From positions 1 through 27,673 of IMG/VR virus record IMGVR_UViG_3300042924_002342: a stretch of DNA of 27,673 bases. One strand, given 5' to 3'. Shown here in pieces: positions 1 to 8,532 of the stretch; position 1 is the first letter of the stretch, and every line of letters starts with the position of its first letter. The notes beneath the pieces were generated by a model that was not told the DNA's origin, did no database searches, and worked only from the letters and a program-made list of their open reading frames with translations. The translations under genes and the position numbers were made by a program. The DNA comes from a virus. Lineage: Duplodnaviria; Caudoviricetes.

Positions 1-217
1 TAGAACTTAAACCTTGCTCTGATAATAATTCTGGAATTACCCTAGAACCAATATCATCAGCCATCGTTTTTAAATTTTTTAATAGTTCTTCTGTTCTTTC
101 AATCTCATCCTCAATGCCTTTTAATCTTTGACACTCAGCTGCGATTGTAGTTATTTCAACATTATCTAAAAGATCTTTAGAATCTTCTAACATCATGTTA
201 CTTACTTCATTACTCAT
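1..217 (-). CDS. Conserved phage replication-region protein, N-terminal part (runs off window)
   Basis: Hand-translated from ATG at 217: MSNEVSNMMLEDSKDLLDNVEITTIAAECQRLKGIEDEIERTEELLKNLKTMADDIGSRVIPELLSEQGLSS..., open to the window edge. SD AGAAAGGA lies just upstream. Coiled-coil followed by an IPELL.E.GL motif typical of phage early proteins. Not in the ORF track. Confidence 0.8.
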   Translation of the reverse strand, partial: MSNEVSNMMLEDSKDLLDNVEITTIAAECQRLKGIEDEIERTEELLKNLKTMADDIGSRVIPELLSEQGLSS

Positions 218-218
218 G

Positions 219-626
219 TTATCCTTTCTGATATAGATCGAAGTTTATAGGATAGTATTTAGCCTCTCGTCGATCCCATTTCAAGAGGTTAAATTGACCA
301 TTTGTTAGGTCGCTCACGATTGCACAAGAAATACCAATTACTGCTGGATCTCCTGTTAACAATAAGTAATCTTGTGGTCTAAAGTCTCTTAAGTTTTTTT
401 GCATTTTAAAAACAAAAGGACTAGAAGAAAAAATAATTTGAGACTCTGGTCCATAATTATTTAAACAAATAACTAAATATCCAAAATCAGATGCACCTAA
501 AATATTTATATTTGCAGGTGGATGTTGTAATACATAAACAAAATTTTCTTTAGGGTTCTCTTTATAAAAAGTTAAGAACTCTGCTAATGACTTAGGTTTA
601 TATAACTCAAAAATTTTATTCTTCAT
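219..626 (-). CDS. Conserved phage protein of unknown function (alpha/beta, DYLLLTGDP motif)
   Basis: ORF track 219..647. The start is more likely ATG 626 (MKNKIFELYK), because ATG 647 lies inside the divergent promoter. Motifs DYLLLTGDP and LLKWDR..YYP recur in phage early regions. Confidence 0.75.
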   Translation of the reverse strand: MKNKIFELYKPKSLAEFLTFYKENPKENFVYVLQHPPANINILGASDFGYLVICLNNYGPESQIIFSSSPFVFKMQKNLRDFRPQDYLLLTGDPAVIGISCAIVSDLTNGQFNLLKWDRREAKYYPINFDLYQKG

Positions 627-640
627 TCTATTATTCTCTG

Positions 641-677
641 TTGACATCTATTTAAATATAATTATATATTATGTCAA
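641..677. promoter_or_regulatory. Overlapping divergent sigma70-type promoters
   Basis: TTGACA at 641-646 (+) and at 677-672 (-) form the inverted repeat TTGACAT-N23-ATGTCAA around an AT-rich core with TATATT/TAAATA-like -10 hexamers. It sits between the two divergent genes. Confidence 0.65.
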
Positions 678-696
678 GTAGAAAGAATAAAAAAAT

Positions 697-2130
697 ATGA
701 AATATAAATTTAAGACTAAGCCATATGCACATCAAATAACTGCATTGGAAAAATCGTGGGATAAAATAACTTATGGTTATTTTATGGAAATGGGTACAGG
801 TAAATCTAAAGTATTAGTTGATAATATTGCTATGCTTTATGATAAAGGTAAAATAAATGCGGCGCTTATTATAGCACCTAAAGGTGTATATAGAAACTGG
901 TATTCTTCTGAAATACCAACACATTTAGCTAGCCATATAAAACCAAAAATGGTACTATGGACGGCTTCAACGTCTAAAGCAAAGGATAAAGAGTATCAAC
1001 AATTATTTAATTCGGACTATGACCTTCACATCCTTGTAATGAATGTTGAAGCATTTAGTACTAAAAAAGGTTTAGACTTTGCAGCTAAATTCCTAAGAAC
1101 ACACAAAACAATAATGGCTGTAGACGAATCTACAACTATTAAAACTCCTTCCGCAAAAAGAACTAAAGCTATTGTAAATTTAGGAAAGCATGCTTCATAT
1201 AGAAGAATACTTACAGGATCTCCTGTAACTAAAAGTCCATTAGATTTATTTACTCAATGTGAATTTTTAAGTGAAGATTTATTAGGACATAGTTCTTTTT
1301 ATTCTTTTAGAAATAGATATGCACAAATGATTGAAAGAAACTTTGGTGGAAGAAGAGTACAAATAGTAGCTAGTTATCAACGATTAGATGAATTAGCACA
1401 GATATTAGATAAATTTTCATACAGGGTATTAAAAGAAGATTGTTTAGATTTGCCTGATAAAATCTATATTAGAAGAGAAATTGAACTAACAGAAGAACAA
1501 GAAGCTGCATATGCTACTATGAAATCCGCGGCCCTCGCTGCGATAAAAGGTAAGCTCGCTACAGCTCCACATGTTCTTACACAAATGATGCGATTACATC
1601 AGATTACTTGTGGTCATTTAAAAACAGATGAAGGAGATATTACAGAATTAAAATCAAATCGTATAAATGAATTGATGGATGTATTAGAAGAAGTAGAAGG
1701 TAAAGCAATCATCTGGGCAAATTATATATACGATATTAAACATATTGTTTCTTGTATTAAGAAAAAATATGGAGATGATTCTGTTGTTCAATACTATGGA
1801 GATATTGATTCAGAACAAAGACAAAAGAATATTGTAAAGTTTCAAGATCCTAAATCTAACTGTAAATTTTTTGTAGGTAATCCTCAGACTGGTGGTTATG
1901 GAATTACTTTAACAGCAGCTAGTACAGTTATATATTATTCTAATGGTTATGATTTAGAGAAACGTTTACAATCAGAAGATAGAGCACACAGAATAGGACA
2001 GAAAAAATCTGTAACGTATATAGATATAATTGCTCGTAAAACTGTAGATGAAAAAATTGTAAAAGCCTTAAGAAATAAAATTAATATAGCTTCTACTGTG
2101 CTGGGTGAAGAGTTGAGGGAGTGGATATAA
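697..2130 (+). CDS. SNF2-family (SF2) DNA helicase/ATPase
   Basis: Q motif PYAHQ, motif I EMGTGKS, motif II DEST, motif III LTGSP, motif V GGYGITLTAA and motif VI QSEDRAHRIGQ. Confidence 0.93.
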   Translation: MKYKFKTKPYAHQITALEKSWDKITYGYFMEMGTGKSKVLVDNIAMLYDKGKINAALIIAPKGVYRNWYSSEIPTHLASHIKPKMVLWTASTSKAKDKEYQQLFNSDYDLHILVMNVEAFSTKKGLDFAAKFLRTHKTIMAVDESTTIKTPSAKRTKAIVNLGKHASYRRILTGSPVTKSPLDLFTQCEFLSEDLLGHSSFYSFRNRYAQMIERNFGGRRVQIVASYQRLDELAQILDKFSYRVLKEDCLDLPDKIYIRREIELTEEQEAAYATMKSAALAAIKGKLATAPHVLTQMMRLHQITCGHLKTDEGDITELKSNRINELMDVLEEVEGKAIIWANYIYDIKHIVSCIKKKYGDDSVVQYYGDIDSEQRQKNIVKFQDPKSNCKFFVGNPQTGGYGITLTAASTVIYYSNGYDLEKRLQSEDRAHRIGQKKSVTYIDIIARKTVDEKIVKALRNKINIASTVLGEELREWI

Positions 2131-2144
2131 ATCTCCACTCCTCA
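2114..2144. terminator. Hairpin at convergence point, probable bidirectional terminator
   Basis: TGAGGGAGTGGA (2114-2125) pairs with TCCACTCCTCA (2134-2144) with one bulge, and the helicase stop lies in the loop. There is no clear U-tract. Confidence 0.45.
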
Positions 2145-2160
2145 TCATTATAAGGTATCA

Positions 2161-2235
2161 TTACTTATAGTTATTATAAATTAGATATAATAAAATAATA
2201 AAACAAACAATAAAGAATACTGTAATTGTAGTCAT
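2161..2235 (-). CDS. Putative small membrane peptide (24 aa, MTTITVFFIVCFIILLYLIYNNYK)
   Basis: The ATG overlaps the hsp20 stop (TAATG coupling). One hydrophobic helix. Not in the ORF track. Confidence 0.45.
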   Translation of the reverse strand: MTTITVFFIVCFIILLYLIYNNYK

Positions 2236-2657
2236 TACTTAATATCTACTTTAATGCCTTCAATTTCTTTTGGTTCTTTATAACCAAGTTTGATTTTTAA
2301 TAAACCATCTTTCATTTCAGCTTCATCAACTAATACATCTTTAGCTAATTCAAACTGTTTGAAAAATTTTCTAAATGCTAGACCTTTTTGTACATAGTCT
2401 ACATTTTTATCTTCTACTTTTCCTTCTATTGTTAAGATACCGTCTTTAACTTCTACAAGTACATTTTCTTTATTGTATCCAGCTAGACCGATTTCTAAAC
2501 CGTATTTACCTTTTGAGTATTTTACTACGTTATAGAATGGAAATGATTGTGCTTTTGACCACGTGTCAAAAATACTTTCAAACGTATCATCAAAAAACTT
2601 TGTTGATCCGTTGAATAATTGTTTGCTTAAATTATTGAAAACTTCAATGTTTGTCAT
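2235..2657 (-). CDS. hsp20: Small heat-shock protein Hsp20 (IbpA-like alpha-crystallin domain)
   Basis: FPFYNVVK, LEIGLAGYNKE, LTIEG, YVQKGLAFRKF.KQF.L and AEMKDGLLKI are IbpA/Hsp20 motifs. Strong SD AAGGAG. Confidence 0.93.
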   Translation of the reverse strand: MTNIEVFNNLSKQLFNGSTKFFDDTFESIFDTWSKAQSFPFYNVVKYSKGKYGLEIGLAGYNKENVLVEVKDGILTIEGKVEDKNVDYVQKGLAFRKFFKQFELAKDVLVDEAEMKDGLLKIKLGYKEPKEIEGIKVDIK

Positions 2658-2663
2658 AATTAT

Positions 2664-2709
2664 CTCCTTTTAAAAAGCAAGTTAATTGGCTCATCCACAT
2701 GATGCAACC
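2664..2709 (-). promoter_or_regulatory. ROSE-like RNA thermometer in hsp20 5' UTR
   Basis: On the - strand, CUUGCUUUUUAAAAGGAG places the UUGCU motif opposite the SD with a bulged G. It is preceded by a second hairpin GGUU-G-CAUC-AUGUG-GAUG-AGCC. Confidence 0.6.
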
Positions 2710-2717
2710 TGCGATGT

Positions 2718-2745
2718 ATATAGATATTATTTATTAATTTTCAAG
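2718..2745 (-). promoter_or_regulatory. Alphaproteobacterial RpoH/RpoD-like promoter of hsp20
   Basis: CTTGAA-N16-CTATAT on the - strand, directly upstream of the hairpin leader. Confidence 0.55.
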
Positions 2746-2934
2746 TACTGATTTTTCTCTTTTAATGTGGCCGAGAACTGTGCCTTTATGAATACCTTCT
2801 TTAATTGTATATCCAGAAGTTCCATTACCATTAATCTCAACTTCTTTTCTACTTTTAAGTAAAGTATTATTTTTCTTTTCTATTTCTTTTTTAGAAAAGT
2901 TCTGAGCTATTAAGTCTTTTAATCTTTCAATCAT
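2734..2934 (-). CDS. Small basic hypothetical phage protein
   Basis: ORF track 2734..2949 (TTG). ATG 2934 (MIERLKDLIAQNF) is the likelier start. Contains EVEINGNGTSGYTIKEG. Confidence 0.65.
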   Translation of the reverse strand: MIERLKDLIAQNFSKKEIEKKNNTLLKSRKEVEINGNGTSGYTIKEGIHKGTVLGHIKREKSVLEN

Positions 2935-2959
2935 AGCTCTAATATACAAAGATTTGATA

Positions 2960-3043
2960 TTATTTACTAGTCTTTTTACACTTACAGTCTTTTAACAATG
3001 CACAAAACCCAGCATAAAGCCAGTAAATGCATTTGTGTCTCAT
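2960..3043 (-). CDS. Putative Cys-rich micropeptide (27 aa, MRHKCIYWLYAGFCALLKDCKCKKTSK)
   Basis: ATGA overlap with the speD stop, preceded by GGTGG. Four Cys. Fills the intergenic gap. Not in the ORF track. Confidence 0.4.
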   Translation of the reverse strand: MRHKCIYWLYAGFCALLKDCKCKKTSK

Positions 3044-3435
3044 TTATAAAAACCACCTTTTAAATCCACGAGCCCCGTTTCGCGATTTAAAAACTTATAT
3101 TCAATTTTAGTTATTTCAAAGTCTTTTCTAATTTTTTTACATATAACTTCAGGGTCAAATTCACCACAAGAGTATACATCAAATTGCATTAGCGCTGGAC
3201 TTGGTTCGTCCCAAACGTGCATAACAATGTGTGATGTTTCTATGATCGCGGCTCCTGTAATTCCTCTGTTTCCAGGTACGTCATGATAAATTACATATGG
3301 CCCCATCAATACTTTCATATTAATAGATGTAATAAAATCTTTTAACCAATCGGTTAAATACTTTTCGTCCATCGGGGGTTTGACCGCCTCTGCGCGAACA
3401 ATAAGATGTTTATGTACTAAGAGGCTATCTTTCAT
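3040..3435 (-). CDS. speD: S-adenosylmethionine decarboxylase-like pyruvoyl proenzyme (SpeD family)
   Basis: HLIVRAE, GITGAAIIETSHIVMHVWDE (autocleavage S-H region) and QFDVYSCGEF match class 1b AdoMetDC motifs. Confidence 0.85.
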   Translation of the reverse strand: MKDSLLVHKHLIVRAEAVKPPMDEKYLTDWLKDFITSINMKVLMGPYVIYHDVPGNRGITGAAIIETSHIVMHVWDEPSPALMQFDVYSCGEFDPEVICKKIRKDFEITKIEYKFLNRETGLVDLKGGFYK

Positions 3436-3439
3436 TACG

Positions 3440-3895
3440 TTAGGCCGGTCGGTAGATTACTTTTTCGTCTTCACGCGTAGCGACTAAAAATTGTTTTCTG
3501 TTCTTATCACCGTTATATGATACATGAACCCATCCACTATTCGGATCACCTTCTTTATAAAATTCTAAAATGAGTTGATCAAACTCTACGTTATCTTTAA
3601 TCCACATTGCTAACTCCTTATTATCTATGTTCATGATTTCTATATCAGCAGCTTTTCCTTCAGAGTGTTGTGAGGTTGGTTTAGAACCAATTGCAATACA
3701 AAGTTCAGGCGACCGATATCCAGAAGAAATTACTACTGGAGAATCAAAGTGTGACCTTATAGGTTGTAATACATTTAAACACAAGTCTTTTAAATTATTT
3801 ATTTGGTCTGTGGATGGATTATTAGATATGCCTTTACGTTCAGCAATCTGAGACTTAATTAATTCATGTAATTCAAAGTTCTCTGATAGTTTCAT
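3440..3895 (-). CDS. Peptidase M15A-family endolysin (Zn D-Ala-D-Ala/L-Ala-D-Glu peptidase fold)
   Basis: LSENF.L.E, ISSGYRS, SQH..GKAAD, FDQLILEF and GWVHVSY; Zn ligands H, D, H. Confidence 0.9.
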   Translation of the reverse strand: MKLSENFELHELIKSQIAERKGISNNPSTDQINNLKDLCLNVLQPIRSHFDSPVVISSGYRSPELCIAIGSKPTSQHSEGKAADIEIMNIDNKELAMWIKDNVEFDQLILEFYKEGDPNSGWVHVSYNGDKNRKQFLVATREDEKVIYRPA

Positions 3896-4116
3896 TACTT
3901 AAAAAAAACTTCTTTCACCAGGAACATCGCAACTGATCCCACCGCTGCTAAGAGAACCCAATAGATCTTGTCTATCTTACCACCCAATTTCTCAATGTCC
4001 TGGTGCATGTGTTTGAGATGATTGTTTTTAATAGTACAAATTTCTTTTTTAAGACCTGTAATGTGTCCATAAACTGAAATAATGTGCTCTCTTGTTGTAT
4101 GCGGATCTATCTTCAT
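3895..4116 (-). CDS. Putative holin / lysis-associated membrane protein (coiled-coil + C-terminal TM helix)
   Basis: IKNNHL.H motif, coiled-coil and a TM segment IYWVLLAAVGSVAMFLV. Coupled (TAATG) to the endolysin. Confidence 0.55.
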   Translation of the reverse strand: MKIDPHTTREHIISVYGHITGLKKEICTIKNNHLKHMHQDIEKLGGKIDKIYWVLLAAVGSVAMFLVKEVFFK

Positions 4117-4118
4117 AA

Positions 4119-7100
4119 TTATCTTCCTCTTATAAAACTATCTAAAGCATTAGATTGTTGTATTAATTGTGTTGTTTGTGGATTTACTCCACCAACTAAA
4201 TTTTGATTTAAACTATTTGCAACACCTACAACATCGGCACCTAACACAACCGGAGGTAATTGTCCAGTAGGATTTACACTAGTTGTTGAACCCAATGTTG
4301 GTATGATAGATTTTCTAAATGGATTTGTTAATTTAGGAAATACACTTTGAGAAATAGGTATTTGAGATAATATGTCACGTAAATTATTTATTGCATCATT
4401 TGCTGCAATAAATGGATTTGGAAGTCCTAGTTGTTCTGCATTAAATTCAAACATTTGTTGAATATCATTTGAAATAGTGTATGGTCTAAAATCTTTATTA
4501 ATTAAAGAATTAAAAGCTTTTCTTTCCCCTCTTCTATCCATAATTTCTTCTATTTTATCTTCAGGCATTCCTAAAATTCTTGCTGCTTCAATATCTTTAT
4601 ACATTTCTCTATTAATATTAAATAAAGCTTCATTTGTATCTATATAAGCATCTACTACTTCCTCAGGACTAACAGGACCACCTTTTAATGTTCTTCTTGC
4701 AAATATTCCTCTACCCGCAGCTATTCCATCTTTGTAATCAGTTATTTTATAATTAATTCCTTTAGCTGGATCTACTTTAACTCTTCTCATTCCAGCAATA
4801 CCAGATAATTCATTTCCTAATTCAAATTCATTTCCTCTTGGATCAAATCTTCCTGCGCTATCTTTTGGTACTAATGATAATCCTATTCTTTTTAATTGAT
4901 TGTAGTTTAAAGGAAACTGTGTTTCAGCTAAATGTGCAACTGATTTATAAAGAGCATCACCAACAGAATCTACTTGTAAATCATAAATTTTTTTCCCTGT
5001 AGCATCTACACCACCTCTTCCTAAAATAGGAGATACATCCTGAAGTGCCTGTGTCCACATAGCTTCACTTATAAAAGGTGATCCAATTTCTTTAGTTGAT
5101 TCTATTAAACCAGATAAAAAATCTTTCATGATACCTTGTTTATCTTGTCTACCTTCATTTACAGCATCAAGAACTGTTTGAATAGGTCTTGCTAAAGTAT
5201 CGTAAGCATTCATATGAGAGAAATCAATGTATTCTAATTTTCCATCTTTATCTCTAAATGGTAATAAAGTAGAATTTTTAGACCAGTTAGCAACATATCT
5301 TCTCATTGCAGATATCTCTTCATTACTTACGTCATAAATTGTTTGAAGTGCAGCAACTGCTCCAGCTGGTAATACAGTAGAAGTAGCAGCCATTCCCATT
5401 AATCTTTGAAGACCTCTTTGTCTTAATGGTGTTACTGTTTTTCCATTAATAATAGTTTTATAAAAAATTTCATCTAATGCTGTAGTAACAATATTTGTTC
5501 CTGTTCTCATAATTTCAGCAGGGAAAGCAACAAAATTACCAATAGGTAATTGTCTTAATCCTTTTACAAATTCTGAAACATAAGCATAATTAGGTACATT
5601 GTTTTTAACTAAATTAGCAGCTTGTTTTTTTAAATATTCATCGTTAAATATTTGTTTAACTCCATTTACATCTACAAATTCTTGTCCTAGTTTTAAACCA
5701 GCTTTTTTATAAGCATCACTTATTCTTGATTTTTCTCCAAAATATGTAAATATTTTCCAAAAATCATCTTCGGCAGTATAAAAATCTTCCGCACCTTTTT
5801 TTAATACATTAAGTTTTTTTATAAGACTATTAACACCATTATAATTAGGACCTATACTATTAAGAACTCCACCAAAATTTACATCCTGTAATAATCTTTG
5901 TAGATCTCCTAATTGAACTTGAGAGTTAACTACACCTAAGTCTAATAATTCTTGATAAAGTTGATTTGATTTTCTCATTCCAGGACCAGCAGCTTGTAAA
6001 GCATTCCATGCTGCTTTTACATCTGATGTATTTCCAAAAGGTACAATACCATTTGCTCCAGCAAAGGCAGCGGCACTTAAAAAGTTTCTTACATGTGTAA
6101 ATGGAGCTAAAATTGTTTTAGCCATTTGAGCTGTTGCTTTAGGGTAAAGAATAAGATTTTGATATATTTGAGCAGGAAAACTTTTTGCTACTTCTTTTGT
6201 TACTCCAAGAACTTCAGCATAATCACTCAATGCAAATTTACCCTCTATTGGATTTATTATTTCAGCTGTTCTTTCAGCTATTTTTTTTCTTTGTTGACTA
6301 GTTAATTGTTTTCCTTTTGAACTTGCTTCTAAAATAGCAGCTTGTTCTGCTTGTTTTATTTTAAAATCTAAACGACTTGCTTCTATATCGTCAACTGGTT
6401 TTAAAGTTGCTTTAGGATCATAGTATCTACCAACAGGAGTTCCTCTTACAGCATTTTCTGCATTTGGTGGAGAAATAGATTTAAAATCAGCTCCCGTTCC
6501 ACCTGTATATTTTCTAGCTTCTCCTGAATTATTAAAAAGAAATGGAACTCTTGGCTCTGGTCCAACTCTACCACCAGCATCCCATGCATCCCAATTTTTT
6601 TTTAATTCATTAGATCTTATAACAAGATTATCTAACCATTGATTGTATCTAACTTGAGAAGATAAATTAGCAGTTCCTTCTACTAATGTTGACATAGGGT
6701 TTTCTGCCTTACCTAATAATTTTTTAACAATATTTTGAGCTACTCCGGTTAACTCAGACAAATTAGCACTATCTCTATTAAGAACATTTTTATTAGTAAT
6801 TGTTAAATTACTTGCTACAGAATTTCTAAAAAAATCAGGAATATCTTTTAAATAAACATCTCCTGGTTTTCCACCCGACAATAATATTCCTTTTGGTAAA
6901 GATGCTCCTCTCCAAAGTTCATCTGTTATTTTAGAAGCATCTTCAGGATTTAATTTAACCTTACCCTTAGAAAGTCTAGCAACTTCTTTTTGTATATCTA
7001 GAGTAGTTTCTTGTAAAACTTTTTTAGTTGGAGGGTAATTTTTAGCTACACCTAACTGACCTTGATTATTTTTAAAAACTTCATATCCCCTATCCATTGC

Positions 7101-8522
7101 ATTTGTTAAAGATGTCTTTATTACATTTTGAAAATCATCAAGAGCAGCAGGTGTTAATCTTTTGCCATATGTAGTAAATAATTCTTGCCATACATTTCTT
7201 ATTGATTTAAAATTATTAACTAAATTATCCAAGTCAACATCATTTGCCTTATAATTTTTCTTTAATTTATCTTTAAAACCTTTTATATTTTTTTCATCAA
7301 AATCAGCGAAATTAAAATTAAATAATTTTTCTCCAGTTTTAAGTTTTTTATTTACATATTTTCCTGTATTTGGATCAAGAGTTTTAAATGTTTCTGGTAA
7401 ACGAGATCCTACTTTTAATTTTTCAAACTCACCAAAACCAGCTTCATATGGTCTTCCAGTTTTTGGATCTATATTTATTTCATCTATAAATTCAAATTTT
7501 GTTTTTACATTTTTTTTACCAATTAAAAATTCATTCATTTCTTTTTGTAAATTTTGTCTAGTAGTATCATCTACTTTATCCCCAAATGCTTTTTTTGCAC
7601 TTTTAACAATTGAGTCTTCAATTTTACTAACGTTAATCATGGCATTTTCAGCTACATTTCTATCTTTTGCAATTCTACCTTCCATTGCCATTCTTTCTTC
7701 AAATCCTTCTTGTACCTCAGGTCCCCTTGCTCTAAATGGTTTTGAAATCCATTTATCTACCCATTTATCAAATGGATTTGTAATTGCTTTTCCAGTTCCA
7801 GTTTGATTTCTTACTTTGGAAATAACTTTCCCAGCTCCACCTAGTAACCCAGTAAACCCGGCACCCTCTAATGAAAATTTTAATCTATTTAATATTTCAG
7901 TTTGAGGATCTTCCGTTCCTCTCTCAAGTTCTGTAGGGCCACCCAATAAATCTCCAAATGTTCCTGCTTCTTCTACATCACCAACAAATACACCTTCAGC
8001 TAATCCACCTAAACCAGCACCTGCTCCAAATGCAGTTAATTTTTCTAGATCCGTTGCTTTTTTAGAAAAAGCATCATCTAATAATCTACTTTCAGGTCTT
8101 GTTAGTTTATCACCTTTTATTTTTTTTGAAAAAGCTTTAGATACGTCTCCACCAAGATCAAAATATTTATCGCTTTGTTTAGCCATCAAAGCACCTTTAG
8201 CTAATCCACTTCCTACTTTAAAAGCAATTCCTCCAGGTACTCCTATATTTGTAATAAGTTCTGTAATTTTTCCAGCAGTAGTAGCTTCCGCCATTTCATC
8301 AAATGGATTTATTTTAGCAAACCATTTTTCTACTTCTGCAGCTTTATTTGTATCGGCTCCTAGATCTATTAGAGTTGCACCAAGTGAAACAAATCCTTCT
8401 GGTATTTTAAATAATCCAGATCCTATTCCAGCAAGAGCTGAAACAAAAGCATTTGGTTTATTGTTTTCTTCTGCGCTAGGAGAAAGATTATTATCTTTTT
8501 CCAAGTCAAGCAATGAAGCCAT
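4119..8522 (-). CDS. Large putative internal virion / DNA-ejection protein (1467 aa)
   Basis: Very long, mostly helical-looking protein with Gly/Ala-rich hydrophobic segments. Last of the post-tail genes, where podoviruses encode the largest core protein. C-terminal half has F..FP.E..R-type motifs seen in such proteins. Confidence 0.65.
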   Translation of the reverse strand: MASLLDLEKDNNLSPSAEENNKPNAFVSALAGIGSGLFKIPEGFVSLGATLIDLGADTNKAAEVEKWFAKINPFDEMAEATTAGKITELITNIGVPGGIAFKVGSGLAKGALMAKQSDKYFDLGGDVSKAFSKKIKGDKLTRPESRLLDDAFSKKATDLEKLTAFGAGAGLGGLAEGVFVGDVEEAGTFGDLLGGPTELERGTEDPQTEILNRLKFSLEGAGFTGLLGGAGKVISKVRNQTGTGKAITNPFDKWVDKWISKPFRARGPEVQEGFEERMAMEGRIAKDRNVAENAMINVSKIEDSIVKSAKKAFGDKVDDTTRQNLQKEMNEFLIGKKNVKTKFEFIDEINIDPKTGRPYEAGFGEFEKLKVGSRLPETFKTLDPNTGKYVNKKLKTGEKLFNFNFADFDEKNIKGFKDKLKKNYKANDVDLDNLVNNFKSIRNVWQELFTTYGKRLTPAALDDFQNVIKTSLTNAMDRGYEVFKNNQGQLGVAKNYPPTKKVLQETTLDIQKEVARLSKGKVKLNPEDASKITDELWRGASLPKGILLSGGKPGDVYLKDIPDFFRNSVASNLTITNKNVLNRDSANLSELTGVAQNIVKKLLGKAENPMSTLVEGTANLSSQVRYNQWLDNLVIRSNELKKNWDAWDAGGRVGPEPRVPFLFNNSGEARKYTGGTGADFKSISPPNAENAVRGTPVGRYYDPKATLKPVDDIEASRLDFKIKQAEQAAILEASSKGKQLTSQQRKKIAERTAEIINPIEGKFALSDYAEVLGVTKEVAKSFPAQIYQNLILYPKATAQMAKTILAPFTHVRNFLSAAAFAGANGIVPFGNTSDVKAAWNALQAAGPGMRKSNQLYQELLDLGVVNSQVQLGDLQRLLQDVNFGGVLNSIGPNYNGVNSLIKKLNVLKKGAEDFYTAEDDFWKIFTYFGEKSRISDAYKKAGLKLGQEFVDVNGVKQIFNDEYLKKQAANLVKNNVPNYAYVSEFVKGLRQLPIGNFVAFPAEIMRTGTNIVTTALDEIFYKTIINGKTVTPLRQRGLQRLMGMAATSTVLPAGAVAALQTIYDVSNEEISAMRRYVANWSKNSTLLPFRDKDGKLEYIDFSHMNAYDTLARPIQTVLDAVNEGRQDKQGIMKDFLSGLIESTKEIGSPFISEAMWTQALQDVSPILGRGGVDATGKKIYDLQVDSVGDALYKSVAHLAETQFPLNYNQLKRIGLSLVPKDSAGRFDPRGNEFELGNELSGIAGMRRVKVDPAKGINYKITDYKDGIAAGRGIFARRTLKGGPVSPEEVVDAYIDTNEALFNINREMYKDIEAARILGMPEDKIEEIMDRRGERKAFNSLINKDFRPYTISNDIQQMFEFNAEQLGLPNPFIAANDAINNLRDILSQIPISQSVFPKLTNPFRKSIIPTLGSTTSVNPTGQLPPVVLGADVVGVANSLNQNLVGGVNPQTTQLIQQSNALDSFIRGR

Positions 8523-8532
8523 ATTTTATTTC

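Noticed and set aside
1947-2138. 63-aa - strand ORF
   Set aside because: Antisense shadow of the helicase C-terminus, with no protein-like features.
3627-3851. 74-aa + strand ORF
   Set aside because: Antisense shadow of the M15 endolysin.
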